A model generated the notes under the pieces. It was not told where the DNA came from. It made no database searches and was given only the letters and a program-made list of their open reading frames with translations. The translations under genes and the position numbers were made by a program. From sequence record DRR723986_2929: 57,816 nt of DNA; one strand, given 5' to 3'. Within the stretch, counting starts at the first letter, position 1. Each line of letters begins with the position of its first letter. Below are positions 55,146 to 57,816 of the stretch, piece after piece.

Positions 55146-57816
55146 TCACTCGCCGTACGTCGCGTCCCAGGCTTTCACCGCCAGCGCATCGCGGGGGGTA
55201 ATGTCCGGGAACGCCGGATCGGCGAGGGCCGGGTCGAAATACTTCCAGCTGCGCCGGCATTTGATGCCTTCGGCTTTCTCCGGATAGACGACCACGCCCG
55301 GCGTATCATCCAGCGTGAAACCACCGCCCTTGCCTTCAAGCGTGTTCACCAGCTCCGCACCGGAGGTGATGAACAGGTCGGCCGGGTCTTCGCCCTCGAA
55401 GGCCTTCACCAGCTCTTCGTCGGCGATGTGCACCAAAGGCGCAGCCTCCAGCGAGGCGCCAATGCGCTTTTCGCGGCGTTCCACTTCCAGCGCGCCCGTG
55501 ACGACGCGGCGGACGGTGAAGATCTTCGCCCAGCGCTCCGCAAGCTTCTCGTCTTTCCAGCCTTCCAACGTTTCCGGGAACAGGAGCAGGTGGACCGACT
55601 CCGCCTTGCCGCTGAGATGACTTTCGAGGAAGGCCTCTTCCATCGTGAACGGCATCACCGGAGCAAGCCAGGTGAGCAGGCGTTCCAGCACGGCGGCCAT
55701 GACCGTGCGCGCGGCGCGGCGGCGGTTGCCATAGAACGCTGTCGCATCGTCCCATGCATCCATCGTGCTGAAGCGCGGGTCGCAGTAGAGGCTGTCCTTG
55801 CGGATGTCGAAATAGACGGCCGACAGGTCCACGCCCGCGAAATTGATGAGCAGGCTCATCACGCGCTTGAAGTCGTAGACAGTATAGGCGGCCTTCACCT
55901 GTGCATCGAGCTCGGCAAGGCGGTGCAGCACCCAGCGCTCGAGGCCCGGCATCTTCTCCGCCTCGATGGTCTCCTCTTCGGTCCAGCCGTCGAGCGCGCC
56001 CAGCAAGTAGCGCACCGTGTTTCTCAGTTTGCGGTAGGTCTCGACCGAGCCCTTGATGATCTCGTCGGAGATCCGCAGGTCTTCGGTATAGTCGCCGGAC
56101 GCCGTCCAGATGCGCAGGATCTCGATCCCGTATTGTTTCTGGATCTGCTCCGGCTCGATCGTGTTGCCGATCGACTTCGACATCTTCTTGCCTTCGGCAT
56201 CGACGATGAAGCCGTGCGTCAGCACCTGTTTGTAAGGTGCCATGCCGCGCGTCGCGCAGCACTCCAGCAGGGATGACTGGAACCAGCCGCGGTGCTGGTC
56301 GGAGCCTTCCATGTAGAGGTCCGCCTGCCCGGTTTCCGGATCGATGATACCGCGCTCGCGCAGCGCGAAGGCGTGCGTGGTTCCGCTGTCGAACCAGACA
56401 TCCAGAACGTCCGTCACCTTGTCCCACTCATTGGCCGACAGGCCGAGGGGGCTCAGGAAGTCTTCCGCCGGCGTGTCGAACCAGGCTTCAACACCGCCCT
56501 TGGCGATGGCCGTACGGATCGCCGCATTCAGCTCATCCGCCTGCTCTTTCGGCAGCGCCGCCGTGTGCGGCTGGCCTGACTTGTTGACGAAGATGGTGAT
56601 CGGCACGCCCCAGTTGCGCTGGCGGGAGATCAGCCAGTCCGGCCGGCCTTCGACCATGGAACGCAGGCGGTTGCGGCCAACAGCCGGGAAGAATTCGGTC
56701 TCGTCGATGGCCTTGAGGGCGTTCTCGCGCAGCGTCTTGCCGTTCGGGCCCGGCTTGTCCATCGAGATGAACCATTGCGGCGTCGCGCGGCGGATCACCG
56801 GCGCCTTCGAGCGCCAGGAGTGCGCATCGCGGATCGTCGTCATGCCGCGCGCGAACAGATTGCCGCTCTCGGCGAGGGCCGCGATCACTTCATTGTTCGC
56901 CTTGCCCGGCTCGCCGCGCTTCTTGCCGCTGGTGCGGATGATGTCCATGCCAGCAAAGCGCGGCACATCCGGCGTGTAACAGCCGTCCGGATCGACAATC
57001 TGGCGGATCTCTTGCGTCGTGTGGCCGGACTCGACCCAGACATTGAAGTCATCCTCACCATGCGCCGGCGCCGTGTGCACGAAGCCCGTACCGGCATCGT
57101 CGGTAACGTGCTCACCGGCGAGGAGCGGGATGTCGTGGGCGAAGAACGGATCCATTGCGTGCAGCGGATGAGACAGCTTGCCGAGCGTCGAGGGATCAAC
57201 ATCCTCAAGACGTTTGTAGGCAGAGACCTTCGCACCATCCATGACGGCTGCAGCCAGTGCGTCGGCAAGGAACAGTTTCTCACCCGGCTTGGCGTAAGGC
57301 GCAAAGCCCAGCTCTTCCTCGCTCATCACCGTCTCGACCTCGTAGAGGCCATAGGAGATATCGGGATTGTAACTGACAGCCTGGTTGGCCGGGATCGTCC
57401 ATGGCGTGGTCGTCCAGATGACGACTGAAGCGTCGGTGCCCTGAACCGGGAACTTCACCCAGATCACCGGCACCTTGCGGTCGTGATATTCGACTTCCGC
57501 TTCGGCGAGCGCCGTGCGCTCCACCGGCGACCACATGATCGGCTTGGCGCCGCGGACCAGCGAGCCGGTCATCGCCATGCGCAGGAACTCGCCGACGATG
57601 GACGCTTCGCTCTCGAACTTCATGGTGAGGTAGGGATTGTCCCACTCGCCCTCGATGCCGAGGCTGCGGAATTCCTTGCCCTGGATCTCGACCCATTTCT
57701 CGGCATAGGCGCGGCAGGCAGCGCGGAACTCTCCGGGCGGCACATCGTCCTTCGTCTTGCCCTTGGATCGGAACTCTTCTTCCACTTTCCATTCGATCGG
57801 CAGGCCGTGGCAGTCC
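55146..57816 (-). CDS. ileS: Isoleucine-tRNA ligase (5' end outside the window)
   Basis: DCHGLPIEW at the window edge, WTTTPWT, GTGFVHTAP, DWLISRQR, EGSDQHRGWF, KMSKS. Confidence 0.97.
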   Translation of the reverse strand, partial: DCHGLPIEWKVEEEFRSKGKTKDDVPPGEFRAACRAYAEKWVEIQGKEFRSLGIEGEWDNPYLTMKFESEASIVGEFLRMAMTGSLVRGAKPIMWSPVERTALAEAEVEYHDRKVPVIWVKFPVQGTDASVVIWTTTPWTIPANQAVSYNPDISYGLYEVETVMSEEELGFAPYAKPGEKLFLADALAAAVMDGAKVSAYKRLEDVDPSTLGKLSHPLHAMDPFFAHDIPLLAGEHVTDDAGTGFVHTAPAHGEDDFNVWVESGHTTQEIRQIVDPDGCYTPDVPRFAGMDIIRTSGKKRGEPGKANNEVIAALAESGNLFARGMTTIRDAHSWRSKAPVIRRATPQWFISMDKPGPNGKTLRENALKAIDETEFFPAVGRNRLRSMVEGRPDWLISRQRNWGVPITIFVNKSGQPHTAALPKEQADELNAAIRTAIAKGGVEAWFDTPAEDFLSPLGLSANEWDKVTDVLDVWFDSGTTHAFALRERGIIDPETGQADLYMEGSDQHRGWFQSSLLECCATRGMAPYKQVLTHGFIVDAEGKKMSKSIGNTIEPEQIQKQYGIEILRIWTASGDYTEDLRISDEIIKGSVETYRKLRNTVRYLLGALDGWTEEETIEAEKMPGLERWVLHRLAELDAQVKAAYTVYDFKRVMSLLINFAGVDLSAVYFDIRKDSLYCDPRFSTMDAWDDATAFYGNRRRAARTVMAAVLERLLTWLAPVMPFTMEEAFLESHLSGKAESVHLLLFPETLEGWKDEKLAERWAKIFTVRRVVTGALEVERREKRIGASLEAAPLVHIADEELVKAFEGEDPADLFITSGAELVNTLEGKGGGFTLDDTPGVVVYPEKAEGIKCRRSWKYFDPALADPAFPDITPRDALAVKAWDATYGE

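Noticed and set aside
55146..55265. Degenerate IleRS C-terminal zinc finger (CRRSW...ITPRD)
   Set aside because: This Cys-poor variant is common in alphaproteobacterial IleRS.
1..57816. CRISPR arrays, IS elements, prophage, retron or defence genes
   Set aside because: No repeat-spacer periodicity and no transposase, integrase, reverse transcriptase or phage structural motifs seen.

Overview
GC-rich alphaproteobacterial chromosomal segment. Gene content and order (ileS-lspA-DUF3035-M16 pair, dapA-smpB opposite slt, CtrA-like sites) suggest Hyphomonadaceae/Caulobacterales; this is inference. About 60 tightly packed genes, mostly housekeeping (ileS, lspA, dapA, smpB, trxB, recQ, rsmD, tadA, dihydroorotase, tag, ygfZ, bioY) or acyl-CoA/lipid metabolism. 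Non-coding features include a CAT-anticodon tRNA, a cobalamin riboswitch, a SoxR operator and a LysR operator. A probable ~8.8 kb accessory islet follows the tRNA: riboswitch-btuBFCD-cobQ, DUF983 and an orphan membrane-anchored protein with a TPR and three Cys-pair repeats. I saw no CRISPR array, IS element, integrase or prophage. The best unexplained signals are: (1) a ~170-nt strand-specific structured RNA candidate at 9633-9799 with competing helices, a repeated CCAACUUC motif and a 20-codon uORF, upstream of a hyperacidic lipoprotein; (2) the corrinoid uptake plus CobQ islet and its repeat protein; (3) a LysR operator whose divergent arm points antisense through tauE toward an acyl-CoA dehydrogenase; (4) phased CtrA-like half-sites before a soluble CBS-like hybrid kinase; (5) small unannotated ORFs. 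All calls were made by eye; no database searches were run.
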